This document shows positions 40,472-52,208 of a stretch of 64,000 nt of DNA, in pieces. The DNA is taken from assembly GCA_030390025.1 (NCBI GenBank), contig CM059431.1, positions 153,762,001-153,826,000 of the forward strand. The letters are read 5' to 3'. The stretch's first letter is position 1; every line of letters begins with the position of its first letter. Below the pieces are notes generated by a model. That model was not told where the DNA came from. It ran no database searches and was given only the letters and a program-made list of their open reading frames with translations. This DNA comes from Squalus acanthias. Lineage: Eukaryota. A program made the translations under genes and the position numbers.

Positions 40472-40558
40472 ACTCAATGAGAATAAACTGGGAGATTCGG
40501 GAGTGAAACGGCTTTCTGCAGTTCTACAGAAAAATGATTGTAAAATACAGAGACTGGA
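40472..40558 (+). CDS. NLR LRR exon (87 nt)
   Basis: tttttag|A CTC AAT GAG...; LNENKLGDSGVKRLSAVLQKNDCKIQRLE (RI-like LRR); donor gtgagt; phase 2-2. Confidence 0.9.
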
Positions 40559-40834
40559 GTGAGTAATTTTGAAAAAAATTCGTACAGCACCACGAGAGAT
40601 ATAATTATGTATATAAATACGATTTACATTGTTAATGATAACCTGTCGATCTCACTGTTCAATTTACTTTAAAACGGAAGTAATTTAGAAAGGGTTCAGT
40701 ATGCATATATCATGAACAGGATTACCCCCAGCCCACCTTCATTTTGGAATTCCAAAGTAATTCTTTGCATTTGGCAAAAATTTAACGTGTGTGTGTGTTT
40801 TGTATAATCTGTGTTTATGTTTCGATCTCTGAAG

Positions 40835-41026
40835 GTTAAAATCTAATGCTCTCACAGATGAGTGTGTGCAAAGTCTGGTCTCTGCTCTCCGTATAAACGC
40901 TTCACTGATGGAACTGGATCTGAGTAAAGATAATCAGGATGGTGAACAGTCCAACATATTGACTGACAATTCTGTTTCGTTATTGCGCAGTCTCATACAG
41001 AGCAGCGATACTCTCAAGGAAATCAG
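40835..41026 (+). CDS. NLR LRR exon (192 nt)
   Basis: LKSNALTDECVQSLVSALRINASLMELDLSKDNQDGEQSNILTDNSVSLLRSLIQSSDTLKEIR; ag/gt, phase 2-2. Confidence 0.88.
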
Positions 41027-41271
41027 GTGATTTTTTTCCTGGTTAACTATTAATTATTTAAATGTTCTTTCACGTGTAAAATATATTTTCATATTTTTAC
41101 TTTAATAAATGGACTTGTAATGGAAAATACATCGTCATTATTTTGCGGCGAATGTATCTCCTCCATACGATTAAACACAAATATTTTGAATGAATCTCAC
41201 AATATCGCTACTCATAGTGAACAGAGTAAAACTTATTGATAACAATTGTCTTTATTTTAATATTTTTACAG

Positions 41272-41332
41272 ATTGATACGCAATCAGCACATTGCAGAAG
41301 AAAAGCAAATTCTGACGTCAATCAATGTATAG
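41272..41332 (+). CDS. Probable terminal NLR coding exon
   Basis: ttttacag|A TTG ATA CGC AAT...GTA TAG; AATAAA at 41468-41473. Confidence 0.7.
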
Positions 41333-41929
41333 GATTACTTCAGTGTAATTAAAGAATGAAGGTTTACGATGAAGATTGTTTTATGTAAATATCCTAATTA
41401 TTTTTTGGGTTTTACTCTATATAATGCAAACAATTTTGAACATGATTTCGGGACCTGCGGTAGAGGAAATAAAACACACTTGGAACTGAGTAATGACGAG
41501 GAGATTTAAACTCACGGTTTCCGAGTCGGGGGGCCGCCGTGTCAACTTTCAACAAAGATATATCGCCTGCTCCGGTATCTGTGAACCGTGAGCCAAGTAA
41601 TGGAAATTTGTATCAAAACAAAACCATGGCATGATTACTATTAACGCCAATAATGTGTCAGGATTTACACGCATTAATCGCACTGCTCGACTTCTCTGTA
41701 CATTCAAAGGACAGGGAGCTCAGGCATTAGGATTACCAACTGGTTCCCCCCACTGATATCGCTGAGATCGATGTGACAATATTATTGATTAATCTACCAT
41801 TATTTTTTGCAGTATTTAGCTTTATTAGAAATTACTTTTCCTTTTTTCAATTAATTCATGTTGGCGAGAATTGAAACTTGTTCAAACTAAACTGATATTA
41901 TATTTTACGTTCATATGTTTAAAGCAGAT

Positions 41930-42960
41930 ATGGAAAGGGACAAAGGGCGCGCAAGGGTGAAGACACCCAATTGGAAGAGAACCAATTTCAGTGATTTAAG
42001 AAGGGAATCTAGCAGAGCCGGACTGGAAGCAATGATTGGGCAGGAAAACAGTAAATTAGCAATGGCAGGCAGTTGTGGACATATATTTAGGGTACAAACG
42101 AAGCGTATGCACATAAGGAGGATATATGGGGCTTCGAAAGCTCAAGCACCCTGGGTGAAAAATAAATATACTTTAAAATAAAATTGAAAAAGGATGTTTA
42201 TGAAAAAATTCAGGTACAGGGAAATGTATAAAACCAGGCAGAGAGTGAAGGGGAAAATTGAACAAAAAGATACAAGAAGATCAAATACATTGTACGAGGA
42301 AAGATTATTGGATAACATAAAATGGGACAAAGAAAACATCCTTTAAAACTTATAAAAAGTAAACGGATAGTTAATTGAACGGTGGGCCGATTAATGCTGC
42401 AGTTGAGGAGGGAATTATAAATTGTATAAAGGACAAATATAGATAGAAAGCAGGAGCTCGATAGTTTGGAATCCCTCAAAATTACCAAGTCACCCGACCA
42501 CGTGGGATGCACCCTATTTTGCTGAGGGAAGCTATGGTGGAGATGCCAAATCACTGAACAAAATCTTTCCATCCTGCTTGGAAATGAGAATGGTGCCAGA
42601 GGACTGAAGGATTGTAAATGTTTCACCCCGTTCAAAAAAGAGGAGGGGTTAACCCTGGTAACTACAGACCATTCAGTCTTACGTCAGTGGTGGGAAAACA
42701 GCTGGAGAGCTTTGTCAAGCACAAAATTAACTCTCTATTAGAGAAGCATGTGTTAATAAAGAATGGATTTATTAAAAGTAAATCGTGTCTGATGAACCTG
42801 ATTTGTTTCTTTGATGAAGTAATTGAAATGGTTGATAAAGTTAGTGCAGTAGAGGTGTAAATGTTTTTTCAAAAAGCATGTGATATCGTACCACATAACA
42901 GACATATTCGGAAAATAGAAACGCATGGTATTAAATGGCCGGTGATAAGTTTGCTACCTA
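41930..42960 (+). mobile_element. Old CR1 ORF2 fragment, interrupted by a younger CR1; appears to resume at ~48080-48440
   Basis: GNYRPFSLTSVVGK, KSCLMNL; downstream fragment with KFEDDTKL-like sequence. Confidence 0.75.
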
Positions 42961-45900
42961 ATCGGCTAAGAGATACCAGCGGCGGAGCATAAAACCGTGG
43001 GGAAACAGCGCTGACCTGATTAGAAACAGTAGGAGCGGCAGAACCGTGGACGATTTCCAAAAGAAATCGAAGAGTGGCATCACAAGACAGCAGGTAGGTG
43101 ATTGGTTGGTGATTATTAAGGTTTTTTTTCGCTAACATCGGATAGTGGTTTAAACTCGGTGCAGGAAACTATAACTGCATTAAATGTATACATTAACTAG
43201 TTAAACTATTTAATATAACTATAAAAATCTTTGAATAATAATATTAGCTAATTAAATGAATAAAAAAAGCTCGTCTAAGATATGGCTGTGCAGTTTGTGT
43301 GTCTGGATTGCAGTATGTGGGAGTTGGTGGACGGCGAGACTGTCCTGAGGAAACACGTCTGCAGGAGATGTCACCATCTTGAATTTCTCCGGCTCCGAGT
43401 CATTGAGCTGAAAAGCGAGTTGGAGAAACCACGACACATAAGGGAGCGAGAGGAATTTCTGGACAGTTTTAGCCAGAGTACAGTCACACCCGAAAGGAAA
43501 GCACAGGTTCAGGAAGGTAAGGGTTTGACTGCTAGGGAGCCGGGTAGCGGGGATATCAGAGAGGTTGAGAAGGAGTTCGCCCAGATACTGGTCCTGTCCA
43601 ACAGGTATGATGTACTCGCTACCTGTGAGGACAAGGTGAAAGACTGCAGGGAGGAAAGCCACAATGCAGTCCAAGACACCGTGGCTCACAGGACTGTCCA
43701 GGGAACGGGGGCGGAAGAGCCGGAAAGAAATGTCGTAGTGATAGGGGACTCTATAATTAGGATGATAATTCGCCTCCTCGGCAGCGATGAACGATAATCC
43801 CGAAGGGTGTGTTGCCTACCTCGTGCCAGGGTAAGGAATATCTCACGGCGGCTGGAGAGGAATTTGGATATGGAGGAGTGAAATCCAGTTTTCGTGGTCC
43901 ATGTTGGAGCAAACGACATAGGCAGGAACAGGGAGGAGGTTATGCTGAAAGTGTTTCAGGAGACAAGCACTACATTAAAGGCATCCTCGAGTTTAATCAT
44001 CTCCGGGTTATTGCCCGAGCTGCGTGCAAATTGCCAGAGAAGCAGACAGATCAGGAGAATTAACAAGTGGCTAAAGGGCTGGTGTGGGGAAGTGGGGTTC
44101 CTTTTCATGGGACACTGGCACAAGCCCTGGGACAGGAAGGAGCTGTACCAATGGAACGGTGTCCACCCGAACCGGGATGGGAGCCGTGTCGCAGCAGAAA
44201 TGATAAATAGGGAGGTGGCAAAGGATTTACACTAGTAAGAATGGGGGAGGGATCTATAAGAAACGTAAGCAGCTAAAATATAAACCAAACAGGAAATGCG
44301 AGCATAGGGAAATAATAAAGTAAGGGAGGATATTGACGGCAAGGGAGCAAATAAAGTTATAGAACAACAGTCTAAAAAGATGGTTAAACATAAAAAGAGT
44401 GGAAATGCGATTAAAAGTGAGTTAACATATATGTACAGCAATGCACACAGTGTCTGAATTAAAACAGTGGAGCTGGAGGCAATCGTGCGTTGGGATGAAC
44501 CAGCCATAGTAGAATTATTAAGAGATGGCTACAGAAAAATTAGGGTGGGAATTAAACATTGCAGATTATAACATATTTAGAAAAGATAGAGAGGATAAAA
44601 GGGGGGGGGGGGCGGTGGAATAGCTGATGAGGGATACCATATTGGCTGTAGAAAAAAGGGATCTAGATATCAGCGTGACAAAAATAGAATCCATATGGAT
44701 AGAGATAAAAGATAATAAACGATCAATTACCCTAATAGGTGTATTCTACAGACCACCTAATAGTGAAAGGGAGGTGGAGGAAGAACTATACAGATAAATT
44801 AGAGCATGAGTAAAAAACAAAGAATAATAACCATGGGGGATTTCAACTGCCCCGATAATAATTGGACAGAAGAAGTAATTAAAGGGGATAATAGAATTGA
44901 GTTCCTACAATGTCTACAGGACACCTTTCTAGCTCAATATGTAAAAAAGTCCAACAAGGGAGGATTCGCTATTGGATATAATTATGGGGTTTGAGCCAGA
45001 GCAGATAAGTGATGTAAAAGTAGGTAAACATATGTGCAGTAGTCACCATAATATAATATGCTTTAAGATGACAATAGAGAAGGCAATAATGGCAAATTAC
45101 CAAGTGAATAGATTGGAGAAATGTTGATTTTGAGGGGCTGAGAATGGAATTTGTGTAGATAAAATGGGCAACAATATTGGCAGCAACGATGTAGAACGAC
45201 AACGGGAAACATTTAAAACAGTGTTCAATAAAATGCAGTAAAATATATATTCCGCTAAAAGTAAAGAACAAGCCAAACACTGATACCACTTCATGGATGA
45301 AAAAGGAGAAAGGAAATAATTAAGTTTATGGAAGAGGCATACATTCAGTACACAGACAGCAGAGGAGTGCATGATAAGAGAGAATACGAACGGATTAGGA
45401 AAGAAGTCAAAACTCCAATAAGCTCGGCAAAGAGGAATTATGAAATTAAATTATCATGGAATATAAAGAGAAAGAGTAAAATATTTTACAGGCACATAAA
45501 TAAAAAAGGAAGGTTGGGATGGGAATATGGCCCTTAAGTGATGGACAGGACAATACCAAAAGTAACGATAGGGAGATGGCAGAAATATTAAATCATTGGC
45601 CTAGAAATTCGCGTGGCCGGCTTGCCACGGGGGTAAGGATCGCGCGCGCTCTTACCCACTGCGCCTGCCGTTGTGTTTTAGGCCCACAGGGACTTCGGGT
45701 CCTGGGCCTCTCCCAAGAGCCGGCGCGCAGTGTTTGCATGTTCCAGGCGCTCATTTAGTGCGATGCGACCGCTGGGATCACGTGGGCCATGGAGAGCGAA
45801 GGGCAGCAGACCATCTTTCATTCATAGATTTGACAGGAGTCCTGTCAAATCTGTGAATTGAAATGGGCCGCAAAAGAACGGCTAAACTTAAAATAAATGA

Positions 45901-48075
45901 AAGAAAAAAACCATCACATTTATAAAATAACTATAGTTAAATAAATTAACCACTTTAAAAACAAAGTTAAATTTTTCAAAAAATTAAAATACTTTTTAAA
46001 TGTTATAAAAATAAACTTACCTTTCTTTAAAGTATCTAAAAAAGATAAACCTGTTGAAAAAAAAATTATACTTAATTAACTATTTACCTTGTTCAACAGG
46101 GGTCTTACGCCTCCTTTTTATTAGCGTAGAATCTTCAATACTTACCCTCGCGTTGAAACCTGAAAAAAAATCTAAGTGTGCTGCGTGCCCGCCGCCTCTA
46201 GCGCGCACGCGGTTCACCTAGGAACCGCCCCCTTCACCATACTGGAAGTTCCAGTTTCCCGCGCAACCGCAGTGCATGCAGGAATCCGGCACTTCGGGAA
46301 TGAATAGGGGTGAGTGCAAACTGAGCACTCACCCGGGAACGGCCGAATTTTTGGGCCATTATTTCGCTTCGGTATTTACCAGGGAGATAAAACATTTGGA
46401 CATGACGTTGGATAATGAGATGAGTAAAATGATAAGTGCATTTAAAATAAAAAAAGAAGATATATTAAATAAACAAATCAAACTCAAAGAGGATAAAACA
46501 CCTGGTCGGAATTTATTGCATCCATGCATTTTATTAGAATCCAGGGAAGAGATAGCAGAAGCATTAGAACACATTTTTAATAATTCGTTAGAAAATGTGT
46601 AGTGCCAGAGGACTGGCGGATAGCTAACGTAATACCTATATTTAAAAAAGTGGATAGAACATGTCCAGGGAATTATAGACCAGTCAGCTTAACAACGGTG
46701 ATAGGAAAAATAATGGAATCCCTACTAAAGGATCGAATAGAAGAATATCTAGAAACGAAAAGTATAATCATGAATAGTCAGCATGGATTTCAAAAGCAAA
46801 ATTCTTGCTTGACCAAAATTATTGAATTTTTAGAAGAACTAACAGAGAGAGTAAACAATGGTAATTCAGTAGATGTAATTTATCAAGATTTTCAAAAGGC
46901 CTTCGATAAGCTACCTTAAAATAAACAAATGAATAAAGTCAGAGAATGCAGAGCCAGGAGACTAGCAGCAGAATGAATGGCTCGCAGGCTTCCAGACAGA
47001 AAGCAGAGAGTGGGAGTAGAGGGTAGCTATTCACAATGGCAGAAGGTGGGTCGTGGTGTTCCACAAGGATCAGTGCTGGGACCACTGCTGTTCACAATTT
47101 ACATTAACGAGTTAGATTTAGGAATCAAAAACACAATTTCTAAATTTGCGTATGATACCAAATTGGGGGTCGCGGGACAGACCATACCGAAGAGGATTGC
47201 AACAAATTACAGGAGGACATGAATAAACTTGCAGAATGGACACATAATTAGCAATTCAAGTTCAACACAGGCAAATGTGCGGTATTATATTTTGGTATGA
47301 AGTATGGGGAGGTTACTTATCACTTGGAGGGTGCGAGTCTAGTTGGGATATTGGAACAAAGGGATCTCGGAGTGCAAATACACAATTCACTAAAAGTTGC
47401 GCCACAGGTTAGCAGGACCATTAAAAAGCAAACCAAGCAAAAGGGTTTATTCCTAGACGGATACAATTGAAAAGTAGGGATATTATGCTAAACCTGTATC
47501 GAACCTTGGTGAGATCACACCTGGAGTACTGCGTGTAGTTCTGTTCGCCTAATTATAAAAATGATATCGAGGCACTGGAGAGGGTGCAGAGAAGATTTAC
47601 AAGGATGATACCAGAAATGCGAAGGTATACTTATGAGGAAAGGATGAACAGTCTGTGTCTCTTTTTACTTAAAAAAAGAATGCTGAGAGGTGACCTGATA
47701 GAGGTATTTTAAATTAAGAGAGGTTTTGATAGAGTGGATACAGAGAGAATGTTTCGACTTCTGGGGATAAGTATAACGAGAGGCCATCAATATAAGATAT
47801 TCACAAAGAGAATCATTAGCGAATTCAGCAGAATCATTAGCCAGAGAGTGGTGAGAATGTGGAACTCGCTGCACAGGGAGTGGTTGAAGCGAATAGTTAC
47901 GATGCATTCAAGGGGGAGCTTGACAAACATATGAGGGCGAACAGAGTAGAGGTTTATTCTGATAGATTTAGATGAAGAAAGACGGGAGGAGGCTCGAGTG
48001 GACCATAAGCACCGGCATGGTTTTGTTGGACCGAAAGGCCTGTTTCTGTGCCGCATATCACTTGTAATCCTATGT
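42961..48075 (+). mobile_element. Near-full-length degenerate CR1 LINE (ORF1 zinc finger/esterase, ORF2)
   Basis: ORF1 VCLDCSMWE...CRRC, VVIGDSII, HVGANDIG; ORF2 MGDFNCPD, NYRPVSLT, GVPQGSVLGP. Confidence 0.9.
45598..46357. mobile_element. TIR MITE (PIF/Harbinger-like) with 3-bp ATT TSD, inside CR1 ORF2
   Basis: att|GGCCTAGAAATT...AATTTTTGGGCC|att; removing it plus one ATT restores the CR1 reading N-H-Y-F-A-S-V-F-T. Confidence 0.82.
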
Positions 48076-48439
48076 AAGATAGGAGGCAGTGATAAGTGGT
48101 GAACTGCTGTTTTTCTGACCGGAGATAAGGCTGCAATAGAGTCCACAGCGGGCGGTATTCGGACTATTGCTTTTCTTGTTACATATAAATGACCTGGACA
48201 TGGGCATAGGGAGTACAATTGTGAAGTTTGAGGATGATACAAAACTTGGCAACGTAGTAAGTATTGAGCAGGAATATAGAGGACTTCAGGAAGATCTAGG
48301 CGGACTGGTGTAAGGTGCAGACTCACGGAAGATGAAAGTTAATGTGGATAAATGTGAAGTAATGTAATTGGGACGAACAACATGTCGCAGCAGTATAGTT
48401 TAAACGGTACTATTTTGAGGGGTTGCAAGAGCAGAGGGA

Positions 48440-48766
48440 AATGCTGGAAATGCTCAGAAGGTCAATGATGCCTTCGTTAGAACCGGATAAAGCTGGAGAT
48501 GGAACAAGCTTTTAAGCAAATGTAGGGGCAGGGAAAGGGCGGAGTGGAGGAAAGAACAAAAGGGAATCTCTGTGATAGGATGGAAGGCAGGAGAGATTAA
48601 GAGACGAAAGGGATGATGCTGCAAGGCAAAAGGATATGGTAATGGGACAAGTTAAGAAACAAATGATGAAGTGTAAATGGCACTGGCAGAAAGAAAGACA
48701 GCTGTCATGTGAGAGAGAGAAATTCAATGGAAAAGAAAGATAGGGGCAGTGGTTATGTTCTGAGAT
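48440..48766 (-). mobile_element. Probable distal part of the Penelope-like element split by the provirus
   Basis: Purine-rich flank resembling Penelope terminal sequence; the other proviral flank is Penelope RT. Continuity is inferred. Confidence 0.5.
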
Positions 48767-50392
48767 TGTAGAATTCGCAATATATCGCGATTTTATTAAT
48801 AAGGAGAAAACACAGAGTTTCGTTCAAACAGCTTTTATTTCAGCAGAATGCTGACAGGTTTAAAGTGGACACAAGCAGCCTGTAAAATGGCCGCCGCACC
48901 TCGTGACAGGACATTCTAGACTTTTCAACAGGCAGACAAGATGGCGTTCCAATAAACATTTGTGTAAGATCGATTAAGATTCAGCACAGTGAAGATAATA
49001 CACGAGACATTATGGGTTTGCAGTATACACATAAATACTGAAATCGGTCTCCCAGGTACAAATGAAAGCCATTGTACCGAGTAATCAAGGGCCCATCCAA
49101 AAGACATTAATATGTAAAATCCCAACGACTCTACGATGAGAGAGCCGTTAGCAGGTAGTTATTCAAAACACTTGGAAGCCCCAAAACCCCTCCAGGGAGA
49201 ACAGCGACCGATTTAACAATGTGGAGAAATATTAACAGGTACTCAGACATTTACGAGTATCCCCGAAACCCATTAAGAACGGAGATCACCCATACAAGAC
49301 ATTTGAGCGCCAAACCCTAAACAAAAGAATGGACATTATAGTTCGGCGGGAAACGGAAGATTTTGCACTATAATTGCAGGCTCCAAACCGTCCATCTTTC
49401 TCTTATCATCGTGGCTGCTCCTGTGCTCTTGTTTCGTAACCTCGTGTACTCGTAGTTGGGCTCCTGCTTGCCTGTTGCCTCTTTGAAAAGGACTGTTGAA
49501 CTTTCTGATCCGTTCGGATCTACCTCGTGTCGCGTAACGAAGACCTATGTTGGTAACTGGCAGCGGAACCAAAGGCCCGAGATGAGATGAGATGAGATGA
49601 GAAGAGAGGAAGACCATATCCATCGCCACGGTCAGTAAATCCCGACCGCGCCTGTAGGTCGATTATCCAAGTTTTCCTTGCCAGGAAGACTTCTTCGAAC
49701 TTGCAAGGAAACATATCGTATCGATGATATTGACAACTGTGCTCGAAAAGTACCTGTTAAACCAACCAACACAGGTCTTCATCACAGCAGACGTTCCAGC
49801 CTGCTAGCCGGAGCAGCAGAAGCAAGTAAACAAGTGGGACCAGGAGATCTCCTGACCGACACGTGGGTGCTGCGGTGAAAAACATCCGATCAGCTATTCG
49901 GAATTTCTCCGAGTTATCACGAGTGGTGAGCATGAGTCTCGAAGTCCTACGAATCTAGTTTAGGATAGATATTGATAGGGGAGGGTTAAGGATTAAGGAT
50001 ATTTGTAATGTGTGCCCCTATTTACTATGTGCCGTTCGTTCCTCGTTTCCCTAAGATCGACTATATAACTGCTTGTAAGATTGTACTGTCATTAATCTGT
50101 GCTTATGACATGTATTTCATAATCTTAAATATCATGCAATAAAGATTTTCCATTTCGTACCATTCAACCGAGTCTACATGAGTTTCATCTCCATTACTGC
50201 TCTCGCATCGAAGTCCAGTGTCTAGAACCGTAAGGGCGAGTGATTCGAACCACTCACAGGTGTGTCTAGTGTTCCCAGACTGGCTGGAGACCAGAACAGG
50301 CAACAAGGCCTAGACCCGCACTGACATACAGGCTGCACAGAGCCGCGTGAATCTCACAGGCTGCGAGACACGCAGGGTCAGAATCCCTTACA
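48767..50392 (+). repeat. 5' LTR (1626 bp)
   Basis: TGTAGAATTC...CCCTTACA; direct repeat of 59786-61422; AATAAA at 50138-50143; (GAGAT)n at ~49579-49600. Confidence 0.97.
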
Positions 50393-50396
50393 GAAA

Positions 50397-52208
50397 ATGG
50401 CGACCGCGGCAGGACACTGGCAGCGAGAGGGTAGTGTGTTAGACTTTGGAATGACTGTACGAAATGTTATGCAGGAAAAGATAGCAGATTATGTGTTTGG
50501 AAAGGTTAATCTAACTAAGATATGGATAAGTGAACTGTTAGCGGATAAAAGCCCGTTAGAGGCAGCCGAAAGGTGGACAGATAGTAAAGAACATAGAAAG
50601 ACACTTGAGAAAGCAGTCTGGCTTATGTGTTACAAAAGGCAGGTTCAGATTTCAAACCAGACCATTACAGCGCTAGTAGCTCGAATCAGTCATTTAGAGG
50701 GAGAAATGGATGAGAAGGTTTCTGGAGGGGAGGTGCTCATTAAGAATTTAAATGAGTTGCACCAAGAAAGCCAGGAAGTCTCCAGTCACCTTAAAACAAG
50801 GATAGATTATCTCGAGTGCCAGGTCACTGAGGCGAAGTTGAATTAGAGCAGGTTAAAGGAAAGATGTAACCGCCAAGCTGCCCAGATAAGAACTCAAGAA
50901 GAGAGCTTAACGGGGGTTAGGGCGGCATATAAGTTGGCCCTTGAGGATAAGTTTGAGGGAGCCGACCATAGCGCCTGCCAAAGGGAGATAGAGCACCTCA
51001 AGAAGGCCGTAAACAAAGCGAACGGCATGGTGTGCCTGATCAGTCCGTCAGCACACCAGCCGCTAGCAAGTGAGAAGTTTAAAAAATCCCCACCAAGCAA
51101 AGCAGAAGAAGTAGTAGCCACTGCGCCCTCCGCGCCACCCAGCTATTCGGAAACCTGGGTAAGGGAGGAAGCAATGGAAGAAACGAAAGAACCCATTGAA
51201 AAAGAAGTAGGAAAGGGACCGTTGTATCCAGTAACGGGTATTAAAAGGGGCCCAAGCAGAAACGGTGGGGAAGAACCGGGGGATCTCCTCGGACAGCTGG
51301 TGCTGCCTCACAGTTCACATCAGCTGAGAGCTATGATAAATCACGTACGGAAGCTGACCGAGTCAGACGACCCTTCCGTACATTTCAGAGAAGTTGAGCA
51401 AGCCGCAGCCATTAACGGCTGCGATGATGGGGAGACAGCAAAAATGCTGCTGTTCTCATTAGACAGCTCGGTCCTTCAGTGTCTCTCAGGCGAGAGCAAG
51501 AGGGGAACCAAGAGTTATGAGGAATTAAAGAATGAGGTCCTGGAAGTGTTGGGGGCGAACGATGAAGGTCCGTTTGCTAGAGTGGGACAGACAGTGCAGA
51601 TGGAGGGAGAACCCCCGAAGGTTTTTGCCGACAGACTGTGGCCCGTATATGAGCGCAGCTGTCTAGGTGCGCCCGAGCGCGAAGATGTGGAAGGCTTAGC
51701 TTTAACTCATTGGCTTAGGTGCATAATAGCCAACAGTTTACCAGCCGTCAGAGAGCAGGCAAAAGCATGGTTTGATCCCAATGACCCCAACATTACGGAA
51801 GAGTCGGTCTTGAATCGACTCACGTTAGGATATCGCAATATAAGGGGTATGGCAACACGTCCCCTTAAGGGAAGAGTACATGAGGTACGACCCGCAGCCC
51901 CGTATCACAGAGAGTGGCATCAGGAGGGTAATCGCGCCCCACAGGCAGGTAATGCTTGTTACGGGTGTGGGAAGACAGGGCACTGGCGCAAGCATTGCAG
52001 GAACCCTTGGAAGGATTCCAAGGATAAAAATCCCGCGGTCCGAGCCCAGGCGCCTGTCCCGGCTAAGGAAGCTAAGGCACCCACCCCTCCTGACGAACTC
52101 GAAGTAGTGTTAGGAGCCATGCGCAATCTAATCTTGAATGCACGTGGACAGGTGGCGGTCGCAACCGGCCCCGTAGGTGCCGCAGGACCATCTAATAGTA
52201 CCCCATGA
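50397..52208 (+). pseudogene. gag: gag with one premature TAG at 50844-50846
   Basis: ORFs 50397 and 50934 share a frame; coiled-coil-like N-terminal region, PSAPPSY late-domain-like motif, zinc knuckle CYGCGKTGHWRKHC. Confidence 0.88.
50398..50415 (+). promoter_or_regulatory. Primer-binding site, resembles tRNA-Ser type
   Basis: TGGCGACCGCGGCAGGAC, 5 nt after the LTR; TGG complements CCA. tRNA identity is tentative. Confidence 0.75.

Noticed and set aside
48925..50306. Short ORFs inside the LTRs as accessory genes
   Set aside because: No recognisable motifs; they appear twice only because the LTR is duplicated
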